The translations under genes were made by a program, and so were the position numbers. Positions 1 to 10,556 of a stretch of DNA of 64,000 nucleotides are shown in pieces; the stretch's first letter is position 1; each line of letters begins with the position of its first letter. The notes beneath the pieces are model-generated. The model was not told the origin of the DNA. It did not search any database and saw nothing but the letters and a program-made list of their open reading frames with translations. Source of the DNA: an uncultured Nitrospinota bacterium. GTDB taxonomy: Bacteria; Tectomicrobia; Entotheonellia; J063; CAVPRW01. The stretch is taken from NCBI GenBank assembly GCA_963707985.1, contig CAVPRW010000037.1, positions 96,001 through 160,000 on the forward strand, given 5' to 3'.

Positions 1-2
1 GG

Positions 3-512
3 GGTACTCCAAGCACGGGAGTCAATTACCACCGGATTGTCGGTGTAGAGGCCCAAAAATTCCCTAGTCTTGGCCTACCTGACAAACTCAAAAGACTACA
101 AGAAGACTTTAGCGTCTCTTCTGAACTTGAGGCGCACGTTTTGAGTATTAACACGATGCGGAATTGTCTCGTACACCGCCTCGGGATTGTGGCTGATCGA
201 GATGTAGACGCAAACGGCGAACTGGTGATCTTGTGGCGTAGTATCGACTTGGTGGCCCAGAGTCCCGACGGCATACAAGAGATAGCGCTGGATCAGGAAG
301 CGAGAATCGAAGCAGGCTGGACAGTCATCGCGCTGGTAACAGATAAAAGCAAGGTGTTCCGCAAAGGAGAGCGTATTGAGCTGTCCTACGAGGAGATAAC
401 TCACACCTTCTCTTCACTAATGAACTTTGCTACAACTCTGGGACAGTCGATTGAGGGATACGGTAAGCATATCGGCATAAGGATGCCCGATCCGCAAGCG
501 CAAACCGCCTAA
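3..512 (+). CDS. HEPN-domain protein (5'-truncated by window edge), integron cassette ORF
   Basis: Frame is open from position 3. Contains RNCLVH (R-x4-H HEPN RNase motif) in LSINTMRNCLVHRLGIV. The stop TAA lies within the attC R'' box. Confidence 0.65.
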   Translation, partial: GTPSTGVNYHRIVGVEAQKFPSLGLPDKLKRLQEDFSVSSELEAHVLSINTMRNCLVHRLGIVADRDVDANGELVILWRSIDLVAQSPDGIQEIALDQEARIEAGWTVIALVTDKSKVFRKGERIELSYEEITHTFSSLMNFATTLGQSIEGYGKHIGIRMPDPQAQTA

Positions 513-594
513 CATCGGCCTGCAGCCGACACCCAACAGCCTCCGCTCGTATCTCGCTCCGGCCATTGGGTGCGGCTGAGGCCCAGCGATCGAT
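507..594 (+). mobile_element. attC integron recombination site with non-canonical R' end (G|ATCGAT)
   Basis: R'' GCCTAAC at 507-513. Arms GGCCT-g-CAGCCG-a-CACCCAA and TTGGGTGCGGCTGAGGCC are perfect complements apart from two extrahelical bases. Length 88 bp. Confidence 0.8.
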
Positions 595-912
595 GAGCGG
601 TACAAAGAACCGTCGCTCTCCCTGGAATCGACGGTTGCCGACTGGTATGACTGCAACGCTCCTGGTGAAGACGACCACTATACGCAACCGGGGAATCTCT
701 TCCGCCACGTGCTGACTGAGACTGATCGACAGCACCTGATTCACAACATCGTGCTGTCGATGCAGGGGATGACCGGTCCCCAGCGTGGCGCGATCATCTC
801 CCGCCAACTGTGCCACTTCTGCCGCGCTGACATGCAACTCGGTCTGGGCGTCGCCGTAGGATTGGGCCTTGATGTCGGCGGGCTTCTGCCGATAGCAGGG
901 GATCGGGCCTAA
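589..912 (+). pseudogene. katA: Monofunctional heme catalase, C-terminal fragment
   Basis: In-frame translation IDERYKEPSLSLESTVADWYD..EDDHYTQPGNLFR..IISRQLCHFCRAD..LGLGVAVGLG resembles the catalase C-terminus. No start codon or N-terminal part in the window. Confidence 0.75.
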
Positions 913-1093
913 GTCCTCGCTGGAGTCTCGTGTCCTGGAAAAGTCGAAACGAGCGCCACATCCCTGGGGATGATCACAACCCATCCAGGCAACATTCGTC
1001 ACCGGTGCGCTGGCGACGGGTGAGCGGCGTTTCCCTGCGCGACGGCTCCAGTGTGACACCGTATCCCCAGTTGGCGAATTTGAATATAAGTAA

Positions 1094-2330
1094 CTCGACT
1101 GTTGCAGTCCCTGAAAGCACGTAAAATCAGTTGGTTTGTCTCAGGGAGAGGCCACACGTCTCCCCGACCGTGGCTTGGATGTCCCCACGCCAGGCGGCTC
1201 CATGACCTTGAACAGCAGAGCATCAGGCCTCAAGACGCACACGCGGCCAGGAGGGGTGCCATGACCTCCTGAAGCGCCTGGCCTTGGGAGAGCCCCATGG
1301 CCATAAACGTTGCCCTGGTCCACCGCGCGTGCGCCTGAGTGTGACGACGCCAACTGCCTGCCGAACCGTCCAGCTTGGTCTGGACCTGGCGTTGGAGCTT
1401 CTGAAGCCGGGCCTCATCGTGCTGGGCCGCACGCCGTCAGCTAGAGGTGACGGCGACCAGGGCGGTCGGCCGGGCTATCGCCTCGAAGTCCCGCACGTGA
1501 TCCTGCTCGAGCCCATCCGCGTTGCCCTCGTCGTGAGAGACGTCAACGGGCCAGCGATGGCGTCGGATGCGCGTGCTCCCTCGGGCTTGCCACGTCAATT
1601 GGTTCGAGATGAAGGAGGTCGCGGCATCGGAGAGATCAGCCTGGCGAGGATGGCTGACCCAACGATGCGTGCCAACGTGATGGATGCGATGGGTGGTAGC
1701 AGAGCTGTCGGAGGTCTCTTGGTCGCCTGTGTCGGTGATTGCTCGTTGACGAAACACCGGGTGTCGGCCAGCGTTGATGGCGTGATGGGGTTCCTGTCGC
1801 AGAGGTGCGTCGAAGGCCTCGAAGCGTTGTGGACTCGGTTGTCACATCACCAGATCATCACGCGCAAGGGTCCCCACCTCAGGGATCTGCAGGGTTTTGT
1901 CGACAAACCGGCAACAGGCGGGCTGGGTAGACCCGTGGTCCACGGTGACCGGCCATGTGCCTTGCGGGTGAGCGTTGACGAACGCACGCAGGATGTGTGG
2001 CGCGACCAGCCATGTGCTTGGGGAGCGCGTGGCGACGTCTGGCGTATGCTGATGACGCCGCCAAAGACCACGTCACGAGTGCCGCCACGTTGTCGGAGCG
2101 TGGTCTGTGAGGCTCAACTGGCTTGGACGAATGGTCCTCCCAGCGGCCATGAGCCCGGTTCCGCGGGTTGCCAAATCGGCAGGCTCCCAAAGGCGGAAGT
2201 CGATGGGATACGCGGTGAGGTCATCACTGGCATGGCGAGGGACCAGATGGTGTGCCCAGACATCACACTGGTGGGCTGAATCCTAGAGAGAGGCCATCTT
2301 CTCGACGTGTTGGCCATCATGAGTCAATCA
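1094..2330 (-). mobile_element. Degenerate DDE transposase (IS701/IS4-like) remnant
   Basis: Minus-strand reading with internal stops: YPIDFRLWEPADL and HRWPVDVSHDEGNADGLEQDHVRDF. Candidate terminal repeat CTCGACTGTTGCAG at 1094-1107. Confidence 0.65.
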
Positions 2331-2339
2331 CGTATCGTC

Positions 2340-2745
2340 GCGCGAGAGCCCCCCTTTTGGCTTCATCTGCGGACTCGGGAGCCGCGGCCAGCAGGCCAAA
2401 CGGCAGCGGGTTAACGCGCCGACAGCACAGGGGCGCTCGGTGCAGAGACGATTGAGGCGACGCTGCTGGCGCACATTGAGGACCAAGAGCCGCTTGATGC
2501 CATCGACGGTTGTCGGTTCCGAGACGATCCAGCCACTGAGCTAGCGCTGAAACGGCTCACAGGCCTTGGACGAACACACGGACGCACAAAACGGTGCAGC
2601 AGGCTGGACGATGTCTGGAATTTCACCCAGCGGGACCAGCACTCGACCTCCGGACACCATGACAGGTGGGTTCTTGGAGGTATGTTACCGTGTTATGCCC
2701 GCCAACAGAGGGGTCAAGCGCTATCAAACGGCTGCAAAACGCGAG
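2340..2745 (+). mobile_element. Possible second IS 3' remnant ending in CTGCAAAACGCGAG
   Basis: The end at 2732-2745 is an 11/14 inverted match to 1094-1107. Sequence turns AT-richer just after it. Confidence 0.35.
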
Positions 2746-3545
2746 TAAGTAGATCTTAGAATATTACTACTCCTTCACATTTTGGGGCCGTGAAGGGCCT
2801 GGGGCAAGCTGCAGCAATACGTGGGCCCCCGGCCGTGACGCATGGTGGCGGACGCCTCCTGCAGCAAGGCCTCCGGCCACCACCCGCGAGCCCATCCTGT
2901 GGGTGAGCCCCCGACCTCCCCTTGGCGCCGATGGCCATGATCCCGCTCGATGCCGCACGGTTTCCCAGGGAGCTGACCCCGCGCGCTCAGAAGCCGTACG
3001 GTGGACTGGCCGAGGATCAGTGCTCCACACGGCTGGCCAGCCATCGGTCTGTCCATCTGGCCTTGACCGCCTCCTGTCTGTGGCCGCTCACCCTGCTCCA
3101 GTATCCGCTAGGCCCCCTGGCCGACCGCCACGCCCGCCAGTCCCGTGGGTGCGCTGACGCCCCTGAGTTGCCAGCAACTCCACCGCGCGCTCCGGCGGTT
3201 CGTGCTGCAGCGGATTTTCGCTCCTTCCGCTATGGGCGCGGACTGCCACCCAATCGAGCTCAGCGATGAGCAGATCGTTTGTCTCGCCACGTGACAGGCA
3301 AATCTCCTCCCGCCGTCCCGCTCAGCGGGCGAAGCCAATCTCTGTAAAAGTATAGTCAATATATCAAGATATCAGGAGGATCTTAGCCCCCTTGCGGAAG
3401 GGTGAGGAGACAGTGCACAAAGTAGACTTTCGGCACTCATGTCAAAAGCTGGGCATAGAATAGATCATCCCACTTCATCCATATGAGTGCCTGCCTATCA
3501 ACGCGCTAGAAGCCTTCTCTGGAATTTTGCACGGATAGTTCTCGA

Positions 3546-3580
3546 TCCCCTGAACGGCGCACGGCGTACGGTTCAGGGGA
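3546..3580. terminator. Hairpin at the 3' end of the M14 peptidase gene
   Basis: Perfect 10-bp inverted repeat TCCCCTGAAC / GTTCAGGGGA overlapping the stop codon. Confidence 0.3.
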
Positions 3581-5180
3581 CCCGAAAGCGCAGCAGACGC
3601 TGGTTATTTTCGCTCACCGCGTCGGACGATGACCCGGTGGGGATGAGCGTGAGGTTCACCATATACTCGCGTCCGGCGACGAAGGTGAAGCTCGCGGACG
3701 TGGTCGCACCCACACCGCTCGCCAGCGCATAAGGGTACGCCGTGACGAGGTCGGTGGTATACGGTGACCCGCTGCCCGTGACCCGCGACGAGACGACGAG
3801 GTTGACCTGCGCGCTCTCCGTCGAGTTGCCGTCGAAGTTCTGCACACGCCAGATGACGCTCCGCGTGCCGGCGTACAGGGTCTCGTACGCAACGCCTGTG
3901 CCGACGAGGTCGCTCATGGTACCGGTGGCGTCGGCGCCGGTGGCGATCTTCGCGCCGGTGAAGCCGAAGTCCGACGCACACGTATTGTCGGGCATCAGTG
4001 TGGTGGGGTCGATGTGGCACCACGGCGAGCGCGCCTGCGCGACGAGGTAGTGGAAGCTTTCGAACACGCCGTTCCACGTGTCGGTGAAGAAGTCCCCATC
4101 GCTCGGGTGAAAGGCGTTGCTGCCATCGGTCGACGACCACTGGTAGGGCGCCCCGCCGTAGGTCTCAACCGGGAGTTCGAGCATGAACGCGATCACGCCG
4201 CGCCGGGTGCTGTGATCGGGCTGGAAGGCGGTCTGCGACGGCTGCGCCATCCACGCTGAGAACTGCCCGACGCCCGAGCCCCCGGGCGAGGTGCCGGTGA
4301 GTTCGACGGCTGTGGGGGCATTTGCGTTCCAGACCGCGCGCATCTCGTCGCGGATCGCAACGGCCGCGGTCACGCCTCCGAGCGGCGTCCCCATTGATTG
4401 GCCGTTGCTGTGCACCGAGACCGACATGGAGATCATGCGGTTGTTCACAAAGCGCCGTAGGTGCCGCGCCTCCGCCGCGTGGAACGGGTACTCGCCCGCG
4501 TACTGGTTGTCGAGACAGTCGGCCTCGTCGCCGGTGCTGAAGCCTGGCCCTGCCCACCCCGCGGAGAAGCTCCGCGCGAGGTCGATGCCCAGCCCCTGGT
4601 TGTTTGGTGCGCCGACGCACGTGAACGGCTGCACGTTGGTGCGCCACCCCGACCCATCGGAGCCGTGCGGGTGGTAGAAGGTAGAGGTCCAGTAGAACCG
4701 CGGGTCGCCGCCGCTGCCGTCGTCCTGCACGCGGCCGTCGGGGTTGACCATCGGCACCACCCACACAGTCGCGTGCTCGAGCAGCTCATTGACGCGCGAG
4801 GGCGTGAACAGAAACCCTAGCGCGAACGACTGCAGGTACCACAGGCACATCTCCGAAGAAGCCCACTCGCGCGCGTGCATCCCACACTCGAATAGCACCG
4901 CGGGGCGGTCGCCGGGATCATCAATGCCTGAAAGCGATTGCGCGGCGAGGCGAACCGCACGAATCGGGCGTCCCTGGTACGACGCCCCCACAGTGAACAC
5001 GCGCATGCGCCCGCCGCCCATGCCGTCGAGGGCGAGGATCGCGGCGTCGAGCTCTGCCTGGTCATGATAGTCCGCGAGCTGCGCCTGCGCCTTCGTGCAG
5101 GCACACATGACCGCGATGACGAACACAATGCCGACGCGGCGCGACCTGTTGGCTGTCTTCCGATCTCGAGGTCCACTCAT
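3573..5180 (-). CDS. Secreted M14 zinc carboxypeptidase with C-terminal Ig/CARDB-like domain
   Basis: ECGMHAREW (HxxE), VPMVNPDG, SVHSNG and catalytic LELP motifs. Signal-peptide-like N-terminus. C-terminal SENN motif. Confidence 0.85.
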   Translation of the reverse strand: MSGPRDRKTANRSRRVGIVFVIAVMCACTKAQAQLADYHDQAELDAAILALDGMGGGRMRVFTVGASYQGRPIRAVRLAAQSLSGIDDPGDRPAVLFECGMHAREWASSEMCLWYLQSFALGFLFTPSRVNELLEHATVWVVPMVNPDGRVQDDGSGGDPRFYWTSTFYHPHGSDGSGWRTNVQPFTCVGAPNNQGLGIDLARSFSAGWAGPGFSTGDEADCLDNQYAGEYPFHAAEARHLRRFVNNRMISMSVSVHSNGQSMGTPLGGVTAAVAIRDEMRAVWNANAPTAVELTGTSPGGSGVGQFSAWMAQPSQTAFQPDHSTRRGVIAFMLELPVETYGGAPYQWSSTDGSNAFHPSDGDFFTDTWNGVFESFHYLVAQARSPWCHIDPTTLMPDNTCASDFGFTGAKIATGADATGTMSDLVGTGVAYETLYAGTRSVIWRVQNFDGNSTESAQVNLVVSSRVTGSGSPYTTDLVTAYPYALASGVGATTSASFTFVAGREYMVNLTLIPTGSSSDAVSENNQRLLRFRVP

Positions 5181-5413
5181 GGGCACTCCCCCGCCTCCAC
5201 TATGGACACGCCGCGAGCACGGTCCGAGCTGCCAACAGGACCGCTGCACACAAGAACAGCCTCTCCATAGGTCGTCCTTCTTCTGCTGGTCTGGCCGGCT
5301 GAATGGTACTTCTGCAACTTCGGCACCGGATATGCTCCCCCAGGAGTGAAATCGCCGATGCTCATGGCCTTGACCACGACCTTCTCATGGACTCGTCCCT
5401 CCCGTTATCCCGA

Positions 5414-6658
5414 TCAGCGCTGCTGTGCGGTGCCTGTGTCGCGGACACGGTCAGGCGGGGCAGTGTCGTCGTCGCGGGTGAGGCGCGAGCGGATGCCGGG
5501 CTCGCTGGCAGGCGGGCCGTAGGTGGTGAATTTCCCGCTCGCGGGCTGCTCGGTCCAGCGGCGCGACGCGGTGAGTAGCACCTGAGCCTCTCCGACGGAG
5601 AGCCAGTGAGGCTCAGGCTTGAGCATGCGCAGGTAGCGAGGGCCGTTTGGAGCGTTGGCGTCGAGAGCGTATTCCACCCACGAGTAGAGCGTGTTCTCGA
5701 TAACCTGCACGACGCGGCGAACCGGGGGGACGCGGCGTTGGGGGATGGGCTCGACGATACGCAGGTCCTGAATGCTCAAGAGTTCGGTGCGGTGCCCGTT
5801 AAAGTAGATGTTCAGCTCGTTCCAGGTTATGCGGACGAACTCAACGCACCCCGCGGCAAGCTTCTCGTCAGGGGTCGGCTCCCACGCGAGCCAGCTCAGG
5901 ATGAGGTTCTCGTTCTGCCACACGAGGCGGGGACCGAGGCCGTTGCAATCGGTGGAGTGACCGCGGTTGACCGCGATCAGGCGCCGCTCGTCGGGCGATT
6001 GGTACTCCCACACGGGCGCGCCGCTGGCGCCGTTGGTGGAGCGCACATCGTAGGTGAGCTTGCGATCGGTGGTGGCGGTGACGTCGCCAGCGCCGCGCCA
6101 CTGATCACGCGTGCGCGACGTGTCGGTGAGGTCCTCAGTGGGATAGCCCGACATGTTCACGAAGCCTGACTCGTAGTCAAAGACGAGAGGGATGTAGGTC
6201 GTGAGCTCCTCGAACGGGCACACGAAGCCGAGGGAGCCATAGTCGACCTCGGACTCGGGCGAGTAGCTTGGGTCGGTCCACTTCGTGTTGGTGTGCTTCT
6301 CGCTCGCGATGCGGGTGCCGAAGGGATAGACGGTGGCATTAGTGTCGTCCTGGTACATCGCCGGTGCGATGTAGATGTCGTCGTCGTTCCAGGCACCGTT
6401 GTCTCGATCGTACACACAGTGGCCGCAAGTCAGGACCATGTGGGGCCCGACTACGGTGCCGCTGCCACGCCCTTCGAAGTCGCCGTTGTAGTCATTGTCG
6501 TAGCGCAGGGCTGCGGTGGTCTCGAAGGGGAAGTGCACGGGGTTGTCGATGGCGATGCGATCGTCGCAGGCCGGCGCGGCCTGGGCGGTTGTGGTCGGGG
6601 TCGTGGCAACGGCGACGGCGACCACAGCGAAGGTCAAGGTGAAAGCGCTGCGGGACAT
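5414..6658 (-). CDS. Secreted V8-like (S1B) serine protease with unknown C-terminal domain
   Basis: Catalytic triad motifs VLTCGHCV, VDYG and NGASGAPV. Signal peptide MSRSAFTLTFAVVAVAVA. Confidence 0.85.
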   Translation of the reverse strand: MSRSAFTLTFAVVAVAVATTPTTTAQAAPACDDRIAIDNPVHFPFETTAALRYDNDYNGDFEGRGSGTVVGPHMVLTCGHCVYDRDNGAWNDDDIYIAPAMYQDDTNATVYPFGTRIASEKHTNTKWTDPSYSPESEVDYGSLGFVCPFEELTTYIPLVFDYESGFVNMSGYPTEDLTDTSRTRDQWRGAGDVTATTDRKLTYDVRSTNGASGAPVWEYQSPDERRLIAVNRGHSTDCNGLGPRLVWQNENLILSWLAWEPTPDEKLAAGCVEFVRITWNELNIYFNGHRTELLSIQDLRIVEPIPQRRVPPVRRVVQVIENTLYSWVEYALDANAPNGPRYLRMLKPEPHWLSVGEAQVLLTASRRWTEQPASGKFTTYGPPASEPGIRSRLTRDDDTAPPDRVRDTGTAQQR

Positions 6659-7456
6659 GAATGCTCCCATGGGTGTCGTCCGCGTCACGACGGATCGGAA
6701 TTTCAACCGCACTTTTTCCTCCGCCAGCGCGGTAGCCCCCCTCAAGACGTCTATCTCCTTTCCAAAGCGCCAGCCGTGACGTTCAGTAGGAGTGTTACGG
6801 CTAGCAGGAGCCATGGCCCACCACGTCGCACGTGAGTGCTTAGTGAAGATACTGTCGGGCTCTTGCCATTGTACGTAGGTGTCATCGTTTCTCCTGTTGT
6901 GAGTAGACAACAACCTCCTTTCTATGCGTGGACAATGGTGCCACATTTATTGGATATTTGAGCCATATTTAACTAGACGTTTTGATAGGACGTTTACTCA
7001 ATAACTTGGTCAAACCGCATCGGGGCTCCCTCCATCGAGGTCTCCACCAGTTCGGCGAACTAGTATTGCTTCCCAGCACGGTGCTTGCGCGCGTACGCGG
7101 GCACTGATTGATGAGATCACTAATCGTCGTCATTCGCCAATTTATTGTCCATCGATGACGTGTTCTCGACCCTTCTGAGCCTACCCTGAAGCAAGCACTT
7201 TTCCGACCAGGCCTCTAGGAATTCGATCCTTGAAGTATTGATTATATTTGACAAATAAATGAGCAAGTCAAATCAGTTGGTGTGTAGGAGTGCACAGGAA
7301 TGAACTGATAGGTGCTGGGAACGTACAATTTTTTGTGTATTCTTACAGGTTTGAATGATCTACTTAGATGTACACAGACTGGTTGATTCCACTCAGTAAT
7401 TAGGGCCTATGTTGCGGTTCAATAGAAATGGGTCCTTTATTAAGGGTGCTAAGTGG

Positions 7457-7705
7457 TTGGGTAAGGAGGGGGCACGCCGGTACAGGCGTGAGGCATAGAG
7501 GGTGAAAGTCCCTCGACCACAATTGTCCATTCAGGGGTCTAGCAGAGGGTCGGGTTTACGAAGTTATCCATCGGCCCAAGTGACCTTGCATCGTCTCTGC
7601 AAAGCAGCGGGCTACAACACCAGTGAACCCACATGAGCCTCGTGATACCGACATGCACCTGCCGGTTGTCTCATCCCACTGGGAAAGCTGACAGGGGGCA
7701 AGAAC
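7457..7705 (+). mobile_element. Group II intron 5' fragment (domain I only)
   Basis: Hairpin CACGCC-GGTACA-GGCGTG, then GAGGG-TGAAAGT-CCCTC, then GAGCCTCGT, an order typical of group II intron domain I. No RT ORF or domain V follows. Confidence 0.5.
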
Positions 7706-8023
7706 TAAAAGCGCAAAATTCCAGTATATAATTTCAAGAATAGTCATCCTGCCAGAATCCAAACGCTCAGCACCGTGTTGACACGATCCCGACAAGACGG
7801 CCGGTTGCGAACGGGAGCTGGTGACGGGCAACTTGGGACACCGCGCTCTCGCCATGGGAATTGCTGGCTCCCCGTGGCTTGACACGCCAGTATACATTGA
7901 CACCGCCCGCACATCCCTTGTACCATCTGGGCTCAACCCCGTGCTATCGTTTGTCCCCAGATTGTGACACCCATTTCTGGTGCCGGGTCGCCACCGCGCC
8001 AGCTGGGCCTGAAGGAGGTTTGC

Positions 8024-8560
8024 ATGAGCAGTCACACCAACTGGCCCGCGAGGTTCGCCGAGATGCTCGACCTCGTGGGCCTCTCAGAAGAGGACCGGCA
8101 GCTGATCAAGGCAAGTAGCGCACTCATCATGCCGCACGCCGGACGCCTGAACGATATTGTCTATGAGCAGCTCTTACAGCACCCGCAGTCTCGGAAGTTT
8201 TTTGTCACAGCCGACGATAAGCCAGACGCGAAGCGGATCGAGGACAATAAGCAGACGATGATCACCTGGTTGCGGGCGACGGCCACGGCTCCCCTGAACG
8301 AGGGTTTTGTGCGTTACCTGGTGGGTATTAGTCAAATGCATCGCAATATACCCATCCATCGGCCGCATCTATCGCCGGTGGCGCCGCGTTATTTCATCGG
8401 CACGATTTCGTTCTATCAGACCGCAATCGCCGACATTCTGCAGCAACAGATGCCGGATCCCGCCCTGGCATCTCGCACCAGTGTGGCCTGGAATAAATGG
8501 CTGATGGTGGGGCTGGAGATGCTGCTAGCGGGGTACCTGGCGCACGATGGGGACGACTGA
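8024..8560 (+). CDS. Single-domain protoglobin / globin-sensor-like protein
   Basis: GLSEEDRQLIK, IVYEQLL and ISQMH (likely proximal His). RBS GAAGGAGG. Confidence 0.75.
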   Translation: MSSHTNWPARFAEMLDLVGLSEEDRQLIKASSALIMPHAGRLNDIVYEQLLQHPQSRKFFVTADDKPDAKRIEDNKQTMITWLRATATAPLNEGFVRYLVGISQMHRNIPIHRPHLSPVAPRYFIGTISFYQTAIADILQQQMPDPALASRTSVAWNKWLMVGLEMLLAGYLAHDGDD

Positions 8561-8694
8561 TACCGACGTGACCTATTGGGCATTGTCGGAGTTTCTTGCT
8601 CGCCGCACAGTTTTAGGATAACATAGCACCCCGCTGCGATAGGAGACGTGCGGCAAGTTATCTCGCCAATCCCTGTCGAATGGAGGAAGTTGCC

Positions 8695-9321
8695 ATGTTC
8701 TACGAAGTGCGAACCTATACGTTTCGACCCGGTACCCTGGCTGAGTTCGAGGAACGCTATGCCAAACGCTTGCCCCTACGCGAGAAGCACTCCAAACTGG
8801 GGGCCTTCTGGCATACGGAGGTAGGGCCACTGAACCAGGCCATCCATGTCTATCCCTATGAGAGCCTGGAGCAACGCACAGCCGTACGCGAAGCCATGGC
8901 CAAAGATACCGCACTAGCCCAACTTCCCGGCGGGCGAGACCTGATCGTGGCCCAAGAAGCCGAGATCGTGGTCCCAGCACCATTTATGCATCCCCTGGGC
9001 AGCCGGGACTATGGCACCGGGAACGTTTACGAAATGCGCATCTACACCTATGCCGCCGGCGACATCCCGAAGGTGCTGGATGCTTGGGGTAAAGCCATCG
9101 AGGCACGCGAGAAGTTCTCGCCCCTGGCGGCCTGCTGGACGAATGAGCTCGGCGCGCTGAATAGATTCTGGCACGTCTGGGTTTACAAAGACCTGAACGA
9201 ACGCGCCCGCATCCGTACAGAAACCCGCACGACTGGGGCTTGGCCACCACAGAGTGGCGTGCGTCCAATCCGCCAGGAAAACAGAATCCTGGTGGCGGCG
9301 CCCTTCTCGCCTGTGCGCTAG
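8695..9321 (+). CDS. NIPSNAP family protein (two domains)
   Basis: Tandem FYEVRTY / VYEMRIY repeats, GPLNQAIH, and PFSP ending. Confidence 0.9.
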   Translation: MFYEVRTYTFRPGTLAEFEERYAKRLPLREKHSKLGAFWHTEVGPLNQAIHVYPYESLEQRTAVREAMAKDTALAQLPGGRDLIVAQEAEIVVPAPFMHPLGSRDYGTGNVYEMRIYTYAAGDIPKVLDAWGKAIEAREKFSPLAACWTNELGALNRFWHVWVYKDLNERARIRTETRTTGAWPPQSGVRPIRQENRILVAAPFSPVR

Positions 9322-9720
9322 TCATCTGATGTGAGCTTCCATGCATTTGTCTGCCTGGACGGGTCTGGCCATTGGGTCAGGCATCCCGCCCAGGCAGCCT
9401 CCGATGCCTGGCGCTGGGCTCGACTTCATCCGCAACGTCTCAGGACCCGCCATCAAAACCTCCAGAGCATCGAGTTTTTGCCCTAGGCACACTACCTCGG
9501 CAATCGATCAGGGCTGCCCTGATCGGAGCAGAGGTTCTCCCCGATCACGACCAACTGTTGTGCATCGTCGTGCGACCTATGGTCCTGAGAGAGGGTTTCG
9601 GCTACAATAGGCGCTCTATCGTTCCCGCGTTTTCAGGAACAAATCAGGCCGGTGGTCAATACCGCCCAGAGCCTATAGGGATATTCGATCGCGTAGACTG
9701 AGAGAGGAGAGGTTTGCCAT

Positions 9721-10512
9721 ATGGACTTGCAACTGACAGATAAGGTGGCCATCATTGGCGGCGCGAGCAAGGGGTTGGGGAGGGCATGTGCGGAAGTGCT
9801 GGCGCAAGAAGGGGTGAAGGTCGCGATCTGCAGCCGGACCAAAGCTGATCTGGAAAAAGCTGCGCAGGAGATTCGTGACACGACCGGTGCAGAGGTCCTA
9901 GTATTTGCTGGTGATCTCGATCAATACCAGACGATTCGTGACCTGATTACTACCACGGTCGACCGCTTTGGTCGTCTCGACATCCTGGTCAACAATTCCG
10001 GCGGCCCACCACTCGCCAGAGCCTACAACGCGACGGAGGAGCAGTGGGCAGTTGCGGTGCAGCGCTCCCTGCTATTCTTTGCCCGCATGTCCAGGGAGGC
10101 GCTTCCCCATCTTCAGAACCAGCATGGTGGCCGCATTATCAATATTCTGGCCAGCACCGTCTATCAGCCCATCCCCAATCTGGCCCTGTCGGGTGCCACC
10201 CGTATGGGCGTGGTCGCGTTCGCCAAGAGCCTTGCCGATGAGGTCGGTCGCGATGGTATCCTGGTCAATAACGTCTGCCCTGGCTCCATTTTGACCGAGC
10301 GCATGCTCTCCAACGTCACAGCCCGCGCCAAGGAACTGGGTATCACCGTGGAGGAAGGGCTGGCTCAGCGTGCCGCCGAGACCGCCGTCGGTCGCATCGG
10401 GGAACCTGCTGAACTGGCTTACCTGGTGGCATTCCTGGCGTCAGGTAAGTCCAGTTATATGACCGGCACTACCATCCTGGTTGATGGTGGCCTGGTGCGT
10501 TCAGTGTTATAG
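9721..10512 (+). CDS. SDR family oxidoreductase
   Basis: GGASKGLG, ILVNNSG, VCPGSILT and VDGG motifs. Confidence 0.9.
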   Translation: MDLQLTDKVAIIGGASKGLGRACAEVLAQEGVKVAICSRTKADLEKAAQEIRDTTGAEVLVFAGDLDQYQTIRDLITTTVDRFGRLDILVNNSGGPPLARAYNATEEQWAVAVQRSLLFFARMSREALPHLQNQHGGRIINILASTVYQPIPNLALSGATRMGVVAFAKSLADEVGRDGILVNNVCPGSILTERMLSNVTARAKELGITVEEGLAQRAAETAVGRIGEPAELAYLVAFLASGKSSYMTGTTILVDGGLVRSVL

Positions 10513-10556
10513 CGCTGTCGCAAGGGCAGGAGAGCAGACCAATGGCGATCGGGTGC

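Noticed and set aside
1284..2279. 331-aa plus-strand ORF
   Set aside because: Antisense shadow of the decayed minus-strand transposase; no motifs of its own.
2767..3110. Possible tyrosine recombinase remnant
   Set aside because: Only a vague resemblance; no catalytic motif recoverable.
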